64,000 bases of DNA from an uncultured Gammaproteobacteria bacterium (GCA_964500725.1 CAZCNP010000001.1:138950-202949), one strand, 5' to 3'; counted from the first letter of the stretch, positions 37,920-48,838 are shown. The notes: generated by a model from the sequence alone, not told the origin. Made by a program: numbers and translations.

Positions 37920-39029
37920 CTACTCGACTTTAAAGCTATCTAAAACCTGAATTACTGCTTCCTTATAATCCCTGCCTCCATCCAACAAGTAACCTGACTG
38001 CTCCAATAGCACTTTTCCATAAATATCCACCAACCCTCTTTCCATTACAGCCCACTGTTTACCATCAATAGTTTTCTCTCCCACCATCATCCAGCCTCCT
38101 TTTTTATCCTCTGTCTGAGACTTAAAATCACCCATTTTAAAACCAGATTCTGTCTGTTTAAACTCTTTCCTGGCACTTATTGCTTTTTCCATACTGGCTT
38201 TATCCTTTAAACTATCATCCTTCGTGGAAGCAATTAAAGCGTTTGCCAAATTCCCAGGAGCGGCAATCAACACTTCCCGTTTATCTGATCCGCTGTTATC
38301 TTTCACTACCCACCCTTTTGGATATTGCAGGCTGTATCCATATTGGTCATTTTTGTAAGTTTGCCAGGAGATTTTTGGAGTTTCAAATTTTAATGACTGG
38401 AGGATATTGGTCATACCAGAAAGGTATTTATCAAAAGATTTTGTCTCTGCAATATAGTGGACAATATAAGCCTTATGACCAAACAGAATAATTACCACTC
38501 GTCCCTTCAATGAAGTATTATCTTGTGAAGCAGTATAAGTAACCTGTTCCCCATCCTGGCCTCCGTAAGTAACTACTATCCTTTCAATTACTTTAAAGTC
38601 AGACGCGTCTTTTGTACTGTTGCTTATCCAAAGCTCCATTATCTCGCGCCTTGTGGTATCCGGCTTTGATGATAAATCAACTACATCCAGTGTTATATTC
38701 TCTATAAATTTGTCTGCAGAATTTTCTTTAGGAGCTAAAAACGAAGTTAAAGTATTGCCTGAACCATCTTTTCTGGTCCATTCGCTGCCGGGCAAATTTG
38801 CGCTTATCCCTTCCTCTTTATTTTTATAATCTGTTTGTGAATACCCAGAAGGCGCAGGCTTCGGCTTTGCGCTTTTATTTAACCCTACATTAATTACTCC
38901 TGTTGAAACCGCTACCCCACCCAAAACAAGCGCTGCAACAATAATTATGATGGGTATCGGGAAAAAACCTTTTTGTTCTGATAGTCTGGGCATTAATTTA
39001 ACTGTAATAAATAAAATTTGACAAGTCAA
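37920..39029 (-). CDS. hypothetical membrane-anchored secreted protein
   Basis: TM anchor then two repeated modules containing Y.LQYPKGW...; the likely true start is the internal Met (MPRLS, about 38993). Confidence 0.5.
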   Translation of the reverse strand: MTCQILFITVKLMPRLSEQKGFFPIPIIIIVAALVLGGVAVSTGVINVGLNKSAKPKPAPSGYSQTDYKNKEEGISANLPGSEWTRKDGSGNTLTSFLAPKENSADKFIENITLDVVDLSSKPDTTRREIMELWISNSTKDASDFKVIERIVVTYGGQDGEQVTYTASQDNTSLKGRVVIILFGHKAYIVHYIAETKSFDKYLSGMTNILQSLKFETPKISWQTYKNDQYGYSLQYPKGWVVKDNSGSDKREVLIAAPGNLANALIASTKDDSLKDKASMEKAISARKEFKQTESGFKMGDFKSQTEDKKGGWMMVGEKTIDGKQWAVMERGLVDIYGKVLLEQSGYLLDGGRDYKEAVIQVLDSFKVE

Positions 39030-39060
39030 GTCTTATATGTCTATGCTTTAATTTAAGGAG

Positions 39061-39330
39061 GTGATTTTTATGCTAAAAACCATAGGTATTTGGTTTCTAA
39101 ATTTCCTAATTGGGATAGTGGGAACAGCAATTTTGGTTACAAAATTGACCGACCGAGGTGAGGGTATTGCCGCAACAGGCAGCTCTGCTTCAGTCAAAGT
39201 CAATATGGATTTGGCAGGCATTATTATTTGGGTTGTAATCGTGACAATTTACTTTGTCGCAGCAAAAAAACTTTGGGGTAAAACAGTCGGCTCACTAATA
39301 ATTGATACGCTGATGGGTAAAAAGAAGTAA
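39061..39330 (+). CDS. small membrane protein
   Basis: 89 aa, 2 TM; GGAGG SD at 39055. Confidence 0.45.
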   Translation: MIFMLKTIGIWFLNFLIGIVGTAILVTKLTDRGEGIAATGSSASVKVNMDLAGIIIWVVIVTIYFVAAKKLWGKTVGSLIIDTLMGKKK

Positions 39331-39809
39331 TGTTTACCTATATCATTATTCTGGCTGCTGTACTAGTTATCTCCCCTTTTGTTTTGAAGCTTGCTTCAAA
39401 CCAAGGAAAGGAAACCAAACAACAGCTAAAATTTATTTTATTATCTATTCTTTCTGCTCAAATTCTTTTGGGTTTTTTGAATTGGGAAAATTTCAACTCT
39501 GGCAGAAGCGGCTTTGAGCTTGCATTTACCTATTTAAATTCATTTCTGGGCTTTTTCTTCATTATTTCTACAATCCAAACTATCTTCTTAATAATTAGCA
39601 AATCTTTTAATACTCTGGTTGTGATTTTAAATTTTGCCAACACTGTTTTACTCTTTACCGGAATGATCAGGTTAAGTAATATCTTAGGTTTTCAGGCTGC
39701 GAGCTTTGCAGCAGTAGGAGCAGTTTTTTTAGTACTCATTGGTAATATTATTGCTCTTGCCTTTGTCAACAAAGACAAAAATATCTTGAAAAAATATCTT
39801 GGGACTTGA
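39330..39809 (+). CDS. membrane protein
   Basis: 159 aa, about 4 TM; stop/start overlap with the upstream gene. Confidence 0.45.
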   Translation: MFTYIIILAAVLVISPFVLKLASNQGKETKQQLKFILLSILSAQILLGFLNWENFNSGRSGFELAFTYLNSFLGFFFIISTIQTIFLIISKSFNTLVVILNFANTVLLFTGMIRLSNILGFQAASFAAVGAVFLVLIGNIIALAFVNKDKNILKKYLGT

Positions 39810-40489
39810 CAAATATTTTTTCACATATAATGATAAATTTAATGAGTAAAATTGCCCAAAAGGGAATTGTTGACCCAAAGATAATTATTGGTGGTATTAT
39901 AGTTTTAGTAGTTATATTCTTTTTAGCCACTGGTAATTTTAAATTCTCAGCCTCTCGCAGCAATCAGGCATCTCCTCAAAAAGCAGAACAAAAAGATGAA
40001 CAATCAGAGCAAGCCCAAACGGCATCAGTGCCTAAAAGCTATCAAAGCAGTCAGTATAAATTCAGCCTTCAATATCCGGAAAACTGGAGTGTTAAGGAAG
40101 CACAAGGACAATATGTTGCAGCTTTTTTCTCTCCAGAAGAATCATCATCTGATAAATACCGCGAATTTTTAGGCGTTAAAGCTATTAGCACCTCGGCTAA
40201 ACCTAATATTACTCTGCAAGAAGCAACTGATCTATGGGAAGAACAAACCAAAAAAGAATCAACAGCTAATAATTTTAAAATAATTGATAGAAAATCATCA
40301 ACAGTCTCAGCTATAGAGGCCAAGGATCTAGTCTACACTGTTGATATTGAAGGAATCCCTGCAAAAGGATTTGTTAGAATAGTATTAACAGATAGCAATA
40401 TTTATATCTTTCAATATTTCGCAGAAACTGATAAATACGAAAAATATCTATCAGATATTGAAGGCATAATCTCTTCAGTCACCCTTTGA
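39806..40489 (+). CDS. secreted protein with module related to the 37920 gene
   Basis: TM anchor; YKFSLQYPENWSVKE... shares the Y..LQYP..W motif with 37920-39029. Confidence 0.5.
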   Translation: MTNIFSHIMINLMSKIAQKGIVDPKIIIGGIIVLVVIFFLATGNFKFSASRSNQASPQKAEQKDEQSEQAQTASVPKSYQSSQYKFSLQYPENWSVKEAQGQYVAAFFSPEESSSDKYREFLGVKAISTSAKPNITLQEATDLWEEQTKKESTANNFKIIDRKSSTVSAIEAKDLVYTVDIEGIPAKGFVRIVLTDSNIYIFQYFAETDKYEKYLSDIEGIISSVTL

Positions 40490-41175
40490 AAATCCTAATA
40501 TTTATTATTTTAATAATTTTTGCAGCTACAGGTTATTATGTGCTTCAAAATGGGATTCCAGATAATATTCCTGTTGAAATAGTGTCAACTAAAATAAGTC
40601 GTGATCTGGCTGTAGAAAAGGTTAAGAATTTACCTGAAGTGCAAGAATACCTCAAAAATGTTCCAAACGGAAAGATTGAGGTAGATAATGAACTAGAGGG
40701 TGAGCACAACGTCCATGTTTATGAAGTCAGGAACGGCCACACAGCTACTTTTAACTGGTACAGGGTGAGTATCAAAAGCGGTGAAGTCAAGCCAGAATTT
40801 GAAGTTACACCTTCAACTACAGGGACTATTTTAGGTAAACTTTGTTACCCCTCCGAAATGTTACCTCCCGGCAAAATTGAAGCAAAAAGGTTATCTGATG
40901 GCAATATTTTTACCCAGGATTATCCCGGCAACCAGAATGGCGGTAAATCCAGTTATGCCTTTGAACTGGAAGAAGGAGATTATTATATAAGATATAATGT
41001 TGATAACAAATTATTTGGTTATTCAACCACTGTTTGCCCAACTGGCAATGAAAAAACATGTGCCGACACCAAACAACGGATTCCGGTGATGGCAGCAGTA
41101 AAAGACGGCCAGGAACTAAAAAACTACGACCTATGTGATTATTTCTATAAAGACTCCAATGCCCCAAAATTTTAA
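40486..41175 (+). CDS. hypothetical secreted protein
   Basis: 229 aa with a signal anchor; same operon. Confidence 0.5.
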   Translation: MKILIFIILIIFAATGYYVLQNGIPDNIPVEIVSTKISRDLAVEKVKNLPEVQEYLKNVPNGKIEVDNELEGEHNVHVYEVRNGHTATFNWYRVSIKSGEVKPEFEVTPSTTGTILGKLCYPSEMLPPGKIEAKRLSDGNIFTQDYPGNQNGGKSSYAFELEEGDYYIRYNVDNKLFGYSTTVCPTGNEKTCADTKQRIPVMAAVKDGQELKNYDLCDYFYKDSNAPKF

Positions 41176-42919
41176 AAACCTGATCTTTATCTTTATTACC
41201 GTCTTACTGTTGCCGTCACTCACATCGGCGCAGGAGAAGGCCTACGATGTATCTTTTACGGAAAAAGAATGTACTGCTATCAGCAGTGCGACAGGCCAGA
41301 ATTTAAAATACTATCCTCCTGGTTGCGATCTCCGTGACAATAATAATGCAGATGTTGAATATATAGATAAAATTGAAGATATATCAATTCTTAGATCTGG
41401 ATTAGATACAGAACGCAACACCCTTCTTCGGTTTTCGGACCCTACAACAGCAAAAACACACATGGATGAAGTAGTGGCCCTCCTCCTAGAGACAGATTAT
41501 GTATCTACAGATGATAAATATAAGGCATTACCCTACATCAAAGAAACCGTCATGATTGGTGACGGAGGCATACTCCTTATCGGTGAGACTTCTTCTCATG
41601 TAAATCGCATTGGAGTTATAAAAGATAGTAATTTGCGTGATTACGAAAACGGCTGGATAAGTGAATTTCGAACGCATTTAATCGCTCAAAAAGGGTCATG
41701 CGTTATCGCAATTGCCGGACAAACATCGTTAAATTCTAAACAGGATGAATTTCACTCGATCCGTTACGACAGTTCAAATACCCACAAGAACGTAACTAAC
41801 GTCACCGGTTATGTCGTTAATGAGCATCCGGGTTTTGATCATGGAAAGGCAAAGCTTCTTGAATGGGCAAAAGGAGAAGCAATCAAACTTGAGAAAGCGA
41901 TCGGGCCCTATTGTAGCGGTAGTAACGCAACAGCAAAAGCGCCGGCTCCACCTGTAAATAAGTCAAACTATACCCAGGCTCTGGTAATTGAACCACCCAA
42001 AAAAAGCGATTTTCAAAAAATTTCCAAATCCGATTTTAAATTAGTTTATCCGGTGGGTACCAGTTCTGCTACCCTCAAACTCGCCACTGAATCGGCAAAT
42101 TTAACAGGCACAACATTTATCGGAAAAGTTGGCGGAGAGGGTGAACTGATACTGCAACTTCCCGATGGGAAAGAAGTAAAACTTGAAGATGATAAATCAG
42201 CTTATGAAGGAGAAAAGCCATACGCAAGGTGGCACGACATAAGTGGACGCAATAATTATATTGCACCCAAAAGGAGCGTTTACATTGAAGAAGTTGATTG
42301 TCATATCCTGTTAGAACAGGAGGGACAAAAGGCTGAGGCTTTAAAGAGATCCGAAGGTATAAGATATGCAAGCGATTGGAGTGTGGACGATACAATTATC
42401 ATCAAACCAACAGGCGACTGCAGTTATATGAGTGAGGGTGAACCTGTCAGGGTGTTGGCCATAAAAGGACAAGTCACTTTTAAAACACTCGGCAATATCT
42501 CGGTATCGGCAAATAATGCTGATTTTGGAATTGGATACAATGCTAAACCCTCTATCTCCATAATAGAAATCTATAACGGGTCAATAATCGTAACAAATAA
42601 TGCAGGTAATTCAAAAACAATCTCAACAACCTATGGAGAAGAGATTAAACAAATTGAACTTGATAAAGACGGGGTGATGAATGAAAAAATCGCCATTCCT
42701 CTTTCACAATGGGAAGCATTTTTGGCAAGCAGGCAGGAGAAAAAAGAAGAGCCCAAAGGAAATACTCTGCCCATTGCCGGAGCAGTTGCGGTTTTAGTCT
42801 TAGGAGGAATTGTTTTCTTTTTATACCGGACCGGTAAACTCCTACCGCTCTATAAAGTATACAGCCAAAAAATTGTCCAAATGCTTCAAAAAATTCGTAA
42901 GGAAAAGAAAATTGATTGA
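41135..42919 (+). CDS. large secreted protein with C-terminal TM anchor
   Basis: 594 aa; signal peptide; C-terminal LPIAGAVAVLVLGGIVFFLY helix followed by basic residues. Confidence 0.55.
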   Translation: MIISIKTPMPQNFKNLIFIFITVLLLPSLTSAQEKAYDVSFTEKECTAISSATGQNLKYYPPGCDLRDNNNADVEYIDKIEDISILRSGLDTERNTLLRFSDPTTAKTHMDEVVALLLETDYVSTDDKYKALPYIKETVMIGDGGILLIGETSSHVNRIGVIKDSNLRDYENGWISEFRTHLIAQKGSCVIAIAGQTSLNSKQDEFHSIRYDSSNTHKNVTNVTGYVVNEHPGFDHGKAKLLEWAKGEAIKLEKAIGPYCSGSNATAKAPAPPVNKSNYTQALVIEPPKKSDFQKISKSDFKLVYPVGTSSATLKLATESANLTGTTFIGKVGGEGELILQLPDGKEVKLEDDKSAYEGEKPYARWHDISGRNNYIAPKRSVYIEEVDCHILLEQEGQKAEALKRSEGIRYASDWSVDDTIIIKPTGDCSYMSEGEPVRVLAIKGQVTFKTLGNISVSANNADFGIGYNAKPSISIIEIYNGSIIVTNNAGNSKTISTTYGEEIKQIELDKDGVMNEKIAIPLSQWEAFLASRQEKKEEPKGNTLPIAGAVAVLVLGGIVFFLYRTGKLLPLYKVYSQKIVQMLQKIRKEKKID

Positions 42920-43271
42920 TATTTACAAAAAAGTTATTGAGCCAAAACTTAAAGATTGGGTGGTTTTTGAACATGGAACTTGTGTGATTCTCTACCACAC
43001 TCCAAAAGATTTACAGGCTGAAGCAAAAGAAGTTTTACAAAAATACGGCCAAGTCCAACCAGGATCTTCATCCGCAGATTTTACGATTACAAAAGTTGAC
43101 AATGGCTGGATTGTTACAGGAGACCAACCAGGTATCTTAAATTATGTGTCAGAAGATGAAGGAAAAGGTATGGAAAACTACGAACTCGGCCTTCTTGGCA
43201 GAAACCAAAAGCAATTGGATAGTAAAGAGCTAAAGGTTACTTATGTTAATACAGCAATAGGTACAATATAA
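42912..43271 (+). CDS. hypothetical protein (TTG start coupled to the upstream stop)
   Basis: The ORF-track frame 42810-43271 overlaps the upstream gene; a TTG at 42912 overlapping the TGA of the upstream gene gives a 119-aa product. Confidence 0.3.
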   Translation: MIDIYKKVIEPKLKDWVVFEHGTCVILYHTPKDLQAEAKEVLQKYGQVQPGSSSADFTITKVDNGWIVTGDQPGILNYVSEDEGKGMENYELGLLGRNQKQLDSKELKVTYVNTAIGTI

Positions 43272-43737
43272 CAGGCAAAGTAAAAAGGTAGTAAACAACC
43301 CCAATTTTGAATAAAGCAGAAACCTGCTGCCTTATATCATATCCCCAGCCTGATTTAATTTGCCGTAGTATTACATAATCCCGAAAATTATTGGGTGATA
43401 TTTGCCAAAATAAAAAATCAAGTATTGCCCCAAAAATAAACCACACTCCTATCATATTAATAAGTCCCAAAAAAACCGGAATTGCATAACTTTTATCGGG
43501 AAAAAGAACTGGGCCGGAAATCATAAACCAAATAAGTGCTATAAATCCCGTGCTAAGCAAAGTCATAATCCAAAGGCCATACAGAACATTAAAATAAGCA
43601 GGATATTGTTTAGCAGTTACCCTTATCCTTATTTGGCTGTCAACCTCATCAAGTTTAAAAAATCTCTTCAGACGGGGCTGTATCCATTTAATAAACGGCG
43701 GAACTATTGCACCTACCCAAAATTGAGTTGAGCTCAT
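43246..43737 (-). CDS. membrane protein
   Basis: 163 aa, 4 TM. Confidence 0.5.
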   Translation of the reverse strand: MSSTQFWVGAIVPPFIKWIQPRLKRFFKLDEVDSQIRIRVTAKQYPAYFNVLYGLWIMTLLSTGFIALIWFMISGPVLFPDKSYAIPVFLGLINMIGVWFIFGAILDFLFWQISPNNFRDYVILRQIKSGWGYDIRQQVSALFKIGVVYYLFTLPVILYLLLY

Positions 43738-43740
43738 ATT

Positions 43741-45489
43741 TTATTCTTGCTTGCCTGCATTTTTACAAGCCTGATAATTTGCCCAAGCTTGGTCACGACA
43801 AACCTGAGTTTTTCCATGACAGTCGCTTGCTTTCATACATGCATCATATTTATCAGCTGGAGAAACCTCGTCTAAATACGAACCTTTAGCATTGTCTGAA
43901 CATACTTTCTGACAGCTATTAAAAACTTCAAAGCATCTATAACTTTCCCACTCGTAATTTTTATAGGAGCAATCCGTACCAGTTTGTTGCTGAGGCTTGT
44001 CTTTTGGCTCAGTATCAACTCCAGTTTCTTTATCAAGTTTTAGCTCAGGTTTTGCAGGAGATACAATCTCACGCCCAATATCTTTCTCAATCTGACTGAT
44101 TGCACTGTTAAGCATCTCATCAATAGATTTGAAATTACCTATTTCAGAAACACGCCCACGTTCAATGACCCCGGTTTCTATGTTGATGAGTTCAGCAAAG
44201 ACATGACCAGAATTTTGATTATCCCAATAAAACAAGTCTCCTGCGGATATATCTAACATATATCTGACGCTCTTCCCCTTCTTCCTTTGATCTAAAGTAA
44301 GCATTTGGTAATCCTTATCCAAAGGAATAATCATACCGATACTCTGGCCTTCGCTAAAAGTAGAGTCAGATGTTTCTTGTTTATCCCCCTCAGCATCTGA
44401 TCTTTTCCTTAGTGAAACATCATTAGAAGTAAGTTGTTGTTGACCTCCCCTAGCTGAAACAAACTGCTGGGCAGCTTTGAATATATCAGCCTGCTCTAAG
44501 GTTCTACCACCGGAGGTTCTTCCGGTAAGCCACTGGTCATAGCGGTATTGACGAACTTTTCTTAAGGCTTCATCTCGAGTTTTACTGCTGTCAACAATTT
44601 CAGTTGCTGCCTTATATCCAATTCCGCTCCCTTCAGCAAAATTTTTTATGGCCGAATCTCTTACTCTGACCCATTCTTCCCGCTCTTGTGTTTCTTTCCT
44701 GATTCGCTGTGAATCCATTAAATTACTTATCTTTTGTCTGCTGATTGCTTCATCAAATTTTGATGTATATTTCTCTTGTCCAAATGGCACAGTAGCTAAA
44801 GATCGATACGCGATTTCTGCCGCTTCACCTTTTGTTAAATTGGACACATTGGTATTAAGGATGTTTTTATCTTTGGCCAAGGTTTGTGCTTCCTCATCTG
44901 TTAATATTTTTCCCGGCTCCCAATCCATCAGGCGGGATAAAGACCCTGCAGATTCTGCACCTTTAACCTGAGCATCCGGATTGAAATTAGTTTTTACTTG
45001 CTGGGCATTAACCTGCTTTATAAATCTGAAAGGCAGGTTTGATTGCTTTTCCGAACCTTCTTTAAACCAGCCTTGCTCCTTTGCATAACAAACTTCTGTT
45101 TCATGCTGGTAACCACTGATATCTGCAAAACAGTCTTTGTAAGTCCCTTTATCAGGAGTCACCCCTGAAAGCTTAGTCAGCGTCACTGCCCATTCACCCC
45201 GTGTCATAGTTTGTTCTGGATCGAAGTTCCCATCCTTATCCCCTTCCAAAATCTTTTCTCTGGCAAGATAGCTAATTGCAGTGTAGTTTTTATGATCTGC
45301 AGACACATCTTTAAATGGTTTGGGTTTGAATGAGGCAATATTACCTTCTGTAGTGGTTGTGTCTGCTTTTAAACCCCCCCTGGAGGATAATAACCAAATT
45401 GCTGCAGCAACAATCAAAACTACAACAACAATAAGCGGGATAATATGTACAATGCCCGCTTCGCAGCGAGGCGAGCCTTTTTGGTTCAT
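43741..45489 (-). CDS. membrane-anchored surface protein with SLH-like domain and Cys-rich C-terminus
   Basis: TM; FKDVSADHKNYTAISYLAREKILEGDKDGNFDPEQTMTRGEWAVTL follows the SLH pattern F.DV...H...I..L...GI..G..DG.F.P...TR.E.A..L. Confidence 0.6.
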   Translation of the reverse strand: MNQKGSPRCEAGIVHIIPLIVVVVLIVAAAIWLLSSRGGLKADTTTTEGNIASFKPKPFKDVSADHKNYTAISYLAREKILEGDKDGNFDPEQTMTRGEWAVTLTKLSGVTPDKGTYKDCFADISGYQHETEVCYAKEQGWFKEGSEKQSNLPFRFIKQVNAQQVKTNFNPDAQVKGAESAGSLSRLMDWEPGKILTDEEAQTLAKDKNILNTNVSNLTKGEAAEIAYRSLATVPFGQEKYTSKFDEAISRQKISNLMDSQRIRKETQEREEWVRVRDSAIKNFAEGSGIGYKAATEIVDSSKTRDEALRKVRQYRYDQWLTGRTSGGRTLEQADIFKAAQQFVSARGGQQQLTSNDVSLRKRSDAEGDKQETSDSTFSEGQSIGMIIPLDKDYQMLTLDQRKKGKSVRYMLDISAGDLFYWDNQNSGHVFAELINIETGVIERGRVSEIGNFKSIDEMLNSAISQIEKDIGREIVSPAKPELKLDKETGVDTEPKDKPQQQTGTDCSYKNYEWESYRCFEVFNSCQKVCSDNAKGSYLDEVSPADKYDACMKASDCHGKTQVCRDQAWANYQACKNAGKQE

Positions 45490-46736
45490 TTTTTCTTCCT
45501 TTTTTTAATATACCATGCTATTCCAATTGCAACGGTTATTATCACTACAGATGCAACAGCAAGTTTGGTCACTGAAAGTTGTCGGGAAACTACAACCACC
45601 CCCTGTTTACCTCCGTCCGGTTTAACTTTAACTGTTTGTCCATCTTTGGTTTTAACCTCCACTTCTCCTTCATAGACACCTATAACTGCCAACTTTTTAT
45701 CCTTGCTCTGGCTGATCCAAAAATGAGTTCTGCTGACTGTCACACCCAACCAACCTGCATCTACACCAAACTGGTTTTCAGCAGGCTTGTTATTTCTTAC
45801 TCTTACCTCTATTTCCCCCTGCCCCAACTCTACTGTATGTGAGGTAAATCCTTCAACCTCCACCGGTTTGCGGAACTTAATCTCTGACCATTCGGGGGCA
45901 CTAATTACCGATCCGGAATCAGCAGACCAGGTGTACCCAAGCTGGACCATGTCTGAAGTAGATCTCATAGTCGAGTCAAGATATGTAGCCTGTAGAGTAT
46001 CACCGCCTTTAGGGAGTATCTGAATAAAATCGCTTGAAGTTGGCGTTTTTATCTCACCTTGCCCCTTAATAAGGGTGACATTCTCCTCACCCGGAATATA
46101 GTTTGGTAAAAACGACCAAGCTCTTTGTTCTTCTTCGGTTGTTAAAGTGGGCGGCCTGTATGAATCTTCTTCATCTTTGTCAGGATACCAATGCCCCTGG
46201 AACATTTCCTCCAAGGTGAGCTCTGTGATATCCGGTATATCCGGGGCAATGTAAAATTTATTATCCAAGACGGCCTCAAAAGCCCCCGGCAAAGATATTA
46301 AACCATCAATAGCTTCAGAAAATCGGGAAAACCATTCGCCTATAAAAATAGGGAGGGTCTGATTTGGAGCTTCCTTTTTGGCCTCTTTAGGCTTTTTGTC
46401 GGACTTCCTGCAAGCCCAAAAATCCTCCAGGGCTTTGGCATTACAGGCAGAGCTTTTTTCTGTGCACTGCTCTCTTTTTGTACATCTTGAATAAATTTCT
46501 CCGGAATTAAAATAAACGGTCCCGTCCGGTTTTTTTGTTTCCTCACCGCATGAATAGATACAAGCATTAAAATTTTCCGTGCATTTTTTCATATCCTGAT
46601 CAAAAACAGGCCTGCACTCGGCATCTGTCTTGGCATGAGCATAAGAATTAAAGAGAAAAATCGAGGCTATGAAAAGTATCAGTATGGGCAGGATGCCTGC
46701 CCGCCGAAGCTTTAGCGTAAGCGGGAACTTTTTCAC
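45486..46736 (-). CDS. secreted Cys-rich protein with C-terminal TM anchor
   Basis: Signal peptide; 14-Cys N-terminal domain; C-terminal VVIITVAIGIAWYIKKRKKK. Confidence 0.55.
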   Translation of the reverse strand: MKKFPLTLKLRRAGILPILILFIASIFLFNSYAHAKTDAECRPVFDQDMKKCTENFNACIYSCGEETKKPDGTVYFNSGEIYSRCTKREQCTEKSSACNAKALEDFWACRKSDKKPKEAKKEAPNQTLPIFIGEWFSRFSEAIDGLISLPGAFEAVLDNKFYIAPDIPDITELTLEEMFQGHWYPDKDEEDSYRPPTLTTEEEQRAWSFLPNYIPGEENVTLIKGQGEIKTPTSSDFIQILPKGGDTLQATYLDSTMRSTSDMVQLGYTWSADSGSVISAPEWSEIKFRKPVEVEGFTSHTVELGQGEIEVRVRNNKPAENQFGVDAGWLGVTVSRTHFWISQSKDKKLAVIGVYEGEVEVKTKDGQTVKVKPDGGKQGVVVVSRQLSVTKLAVASVVIITVAIGIAWYIKKRKKK

Positions 46737-47005
46737 TCTGATATCAGAGTAGCACCAATTAAATTATCAAGTCAAACACTAGATATTTCTGGTGGTTTGG
46801 AATGAATAATCTTTCCTAGAGAGTTTCTTTCTACAATTATTCTGGCTTTTCTTGGATTAGGTAATTTGAAGCTGAACTGGAATGGGAAATCTATCGAATT
46901 ATAAGCGGAGCTTGAAATTCTCGCTACGCTCAAATTATTAGTTGTAATAGCGGGATACAAATACCTACGGAAAGACTCATGAGGCTAATTATAACAGAGG
47001 ATTCA

Positions 47006-48838
47006 TTAACGTGGATCGTAAGTCTCGCCAAAAGTTGCCACTACCCTATTGTTTTTATCATAAGCTATAATTTCTATCTTCTTCCAGTCAAGTTCTATGC
47101 CTGATGGACCGTTTGTACTACAACCTGTTGGGCCCCGGCAGACTTGTGAAGGGTCTCCCTCGATTTTACCACTCCAGAAATTATTTCCATCTTTTTTAAT
47201 CTCTATTCTTATAGGTAGCCAAACCCTGACATCCTTTCCAGGATCTGTTGCAACAATAATATGGGGCTTTTGGGCTGAGGAGAAAGCGATTGATGGCTGA
47301 CCAGTTGCCACATCCAAAAATTCGAAGTATCCATCTGAATATTCATTTGCTTCTGGAGCACCAGTAGAACGCTTCGTAGGTAACGAAACTGGCGATGGAC
47401 TTGCTAAAGTAGATGGGGTAATCATTTGGCCAATGTTTGCTTCCAAATCAGCCAGCCCTTCCTTAAAAATGGCCTCCAGCTTATTCAAATTGCGCCACCC
47501 CAATGAACTGCCTGCTTTCTCACCCACCCCACTCTCCCAATTCCTTAGAATCAAATTGAGACGCCCGACACTTCGACCTTCTAGATAAAATGTACTTATA
47601 CCAATCTTCATCAAATATTTAACCTTAGCAAGATTATTCCTTGGAAGAACGCCATAGTTTTTATCTAACAGCAGCAGGATCTCTACTGATTCCCGGGTAT
47701 TCATGGCCGGATTGTCATTAATTTTTACTATATCTTCATAATGTGGTGGGGTACTTTTGGATATCAAAAGGTCATCTTTTGAGATAACTATTCCTTTTTC
47801 GGCAAACACTTTTTGTAATGCTTCAAGGACATTAAAGGAAGGGGGTTCTCCCCAACGCACTTTGTCCTCTGCCAACAATTTCTCGTAATTCTTTTCGCGC
47901 GCTTTCCTGATGTATGCTGAAGATTCCTCTTCACTACCATCCTTAGTGGTTGCCATAATTTCTGCCGCTGCCTCATCGCCAATTATTTTTGCCATATTCT
48001 TCTGGCGAGCTTTTCTGATTCGCTCATTCTCCGCCTGGCGCTGGCTCCCAAGCTTGTCATCAAGATCTATTAAGTTTTCAACCCTATACCTCTCCACCTG
48101 ATGTTCCAGTTCCGGCGAAAATTTTTCCTTTCCCAAAGGGATTGTAGCTACAGAACGATAAATTATTCCAGCAGCTTCCCCCTTCGTCAGATTACCCGCA
48201 ATATCATTGCCTTGCGATATCTCGCGTTCTTTGGCAACACCCACAGCAGTCTCATTTGAACTTTTTGCCCCCTCTGTCCCCTCCCACTTCATAAGCCGGG
48301 ATAGAGAACCAACTGCCTCTGTAATTTTCACCGGAACGTCGGGATTAAAATTCTCTTTAGACTCTTGAGCATAAACTGCCACGATCAGTTGTTGGAAGTT
48401 AAATGTTTGCGGGTCCACAGCAGTTAGTCCTTCAAGCCAACCCTGCTCTTTGGCTAAGCAAATAGAGGCCGCATCCTTCCCCAGCCCCACATCGGAAAAA
48501 CAATTCTTATATGTTCCCTCATCAGGGGTAATACCCGTTAGCCTCACCAAGATTACAGTCCATCCCGCCCTAGTCAACACATCTTTAGAGTTAAATTTCC
48601 CGTCCTTATCCCCTTCCAATACTCCCTCCCTGGCTAAATAAGAAATTGCGGTGTAATTTTTGTCATTAACTGAAACATCCTCAAATGGCTTTTGCTTAAG
48701 AGAAGCTATTTCTTCAAAGGATGGTGGAGTATTTCGTCCTTTGATAAAAAACCAAATTATTGCACCGAAAACTGCAAGCACAACTAAAATTGCAACAATA
48801 TGAACAGCACCCTTTTGGGCCAAAAAATGGCGAGTCAT
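47006..48838 (-). CDS. paralogous SLH-like membrane-anchored surface protein
   Basis: N-terminal ~130 aa alignable with 43741-45489 (FEDVSVNDKNYTAISYLAREGVLEGDKDGKFNS...TRAGW). Confidence 0.6.
   Translation of the reverse strand: MTRHFLAQKGAVHIVAILVVLAVFGAIIWFFIKGRNTPPSFEEIASLKQKPFEDVSVNDKNYTAISYLAREGVLEGDKDGKFNSKDVLTRAGWTVILVRLTGITPDEGTYKNCFSDVGLGKDAASICLAKEQGWLEGLTAVDPQTFNFQQLIVAVYAQESKENFNPDVPVKITEAVGSLSRLMKWEGTEGAKSSNETAVGVAKEREISQGNDIAGNLTKGEAAGIIYRSVATIPLGKEKFSPELEHQVERYRVENLIDLDDKLGSQRQAENERIRKARQKNMAKIIGDEAAAEIMATTKDGSEEESSAYIRKAREKNYEKLLAEDKVRWGEPPSFNVLEALQKVFAEKGIVISKDDLLISKSTPPHYEDIVKINDNPAMNTRESVEILLLLDKNYGVLPRNNLAKVKYLMKIGISTFYLEGRSVGRLNLILRNWESGVGEKAGSSLGWRNLNKLEAIFKEGLADLEANIGQMITPSTLASPSPVSLPTKRSTGAPEANEYSDGYFEFLDVATGQPSIAFSSAQKPHIIVATDPGKDVRVWLPIRIEIKKDGNNFWSGKIEGDPSQVCRGPTGCSTNGPSGIELDWKKIEIIAYDKNNRVVATFGETYDPR

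Noticed and set aside
46772-46960. 62-aa ORF between the two surface-protein genes
   Set aside because: It spans the dispersed GCTTGAAATTCTCGCTA... repeat and non-coding-looking sequence, with no start context. Treated as intergenic.
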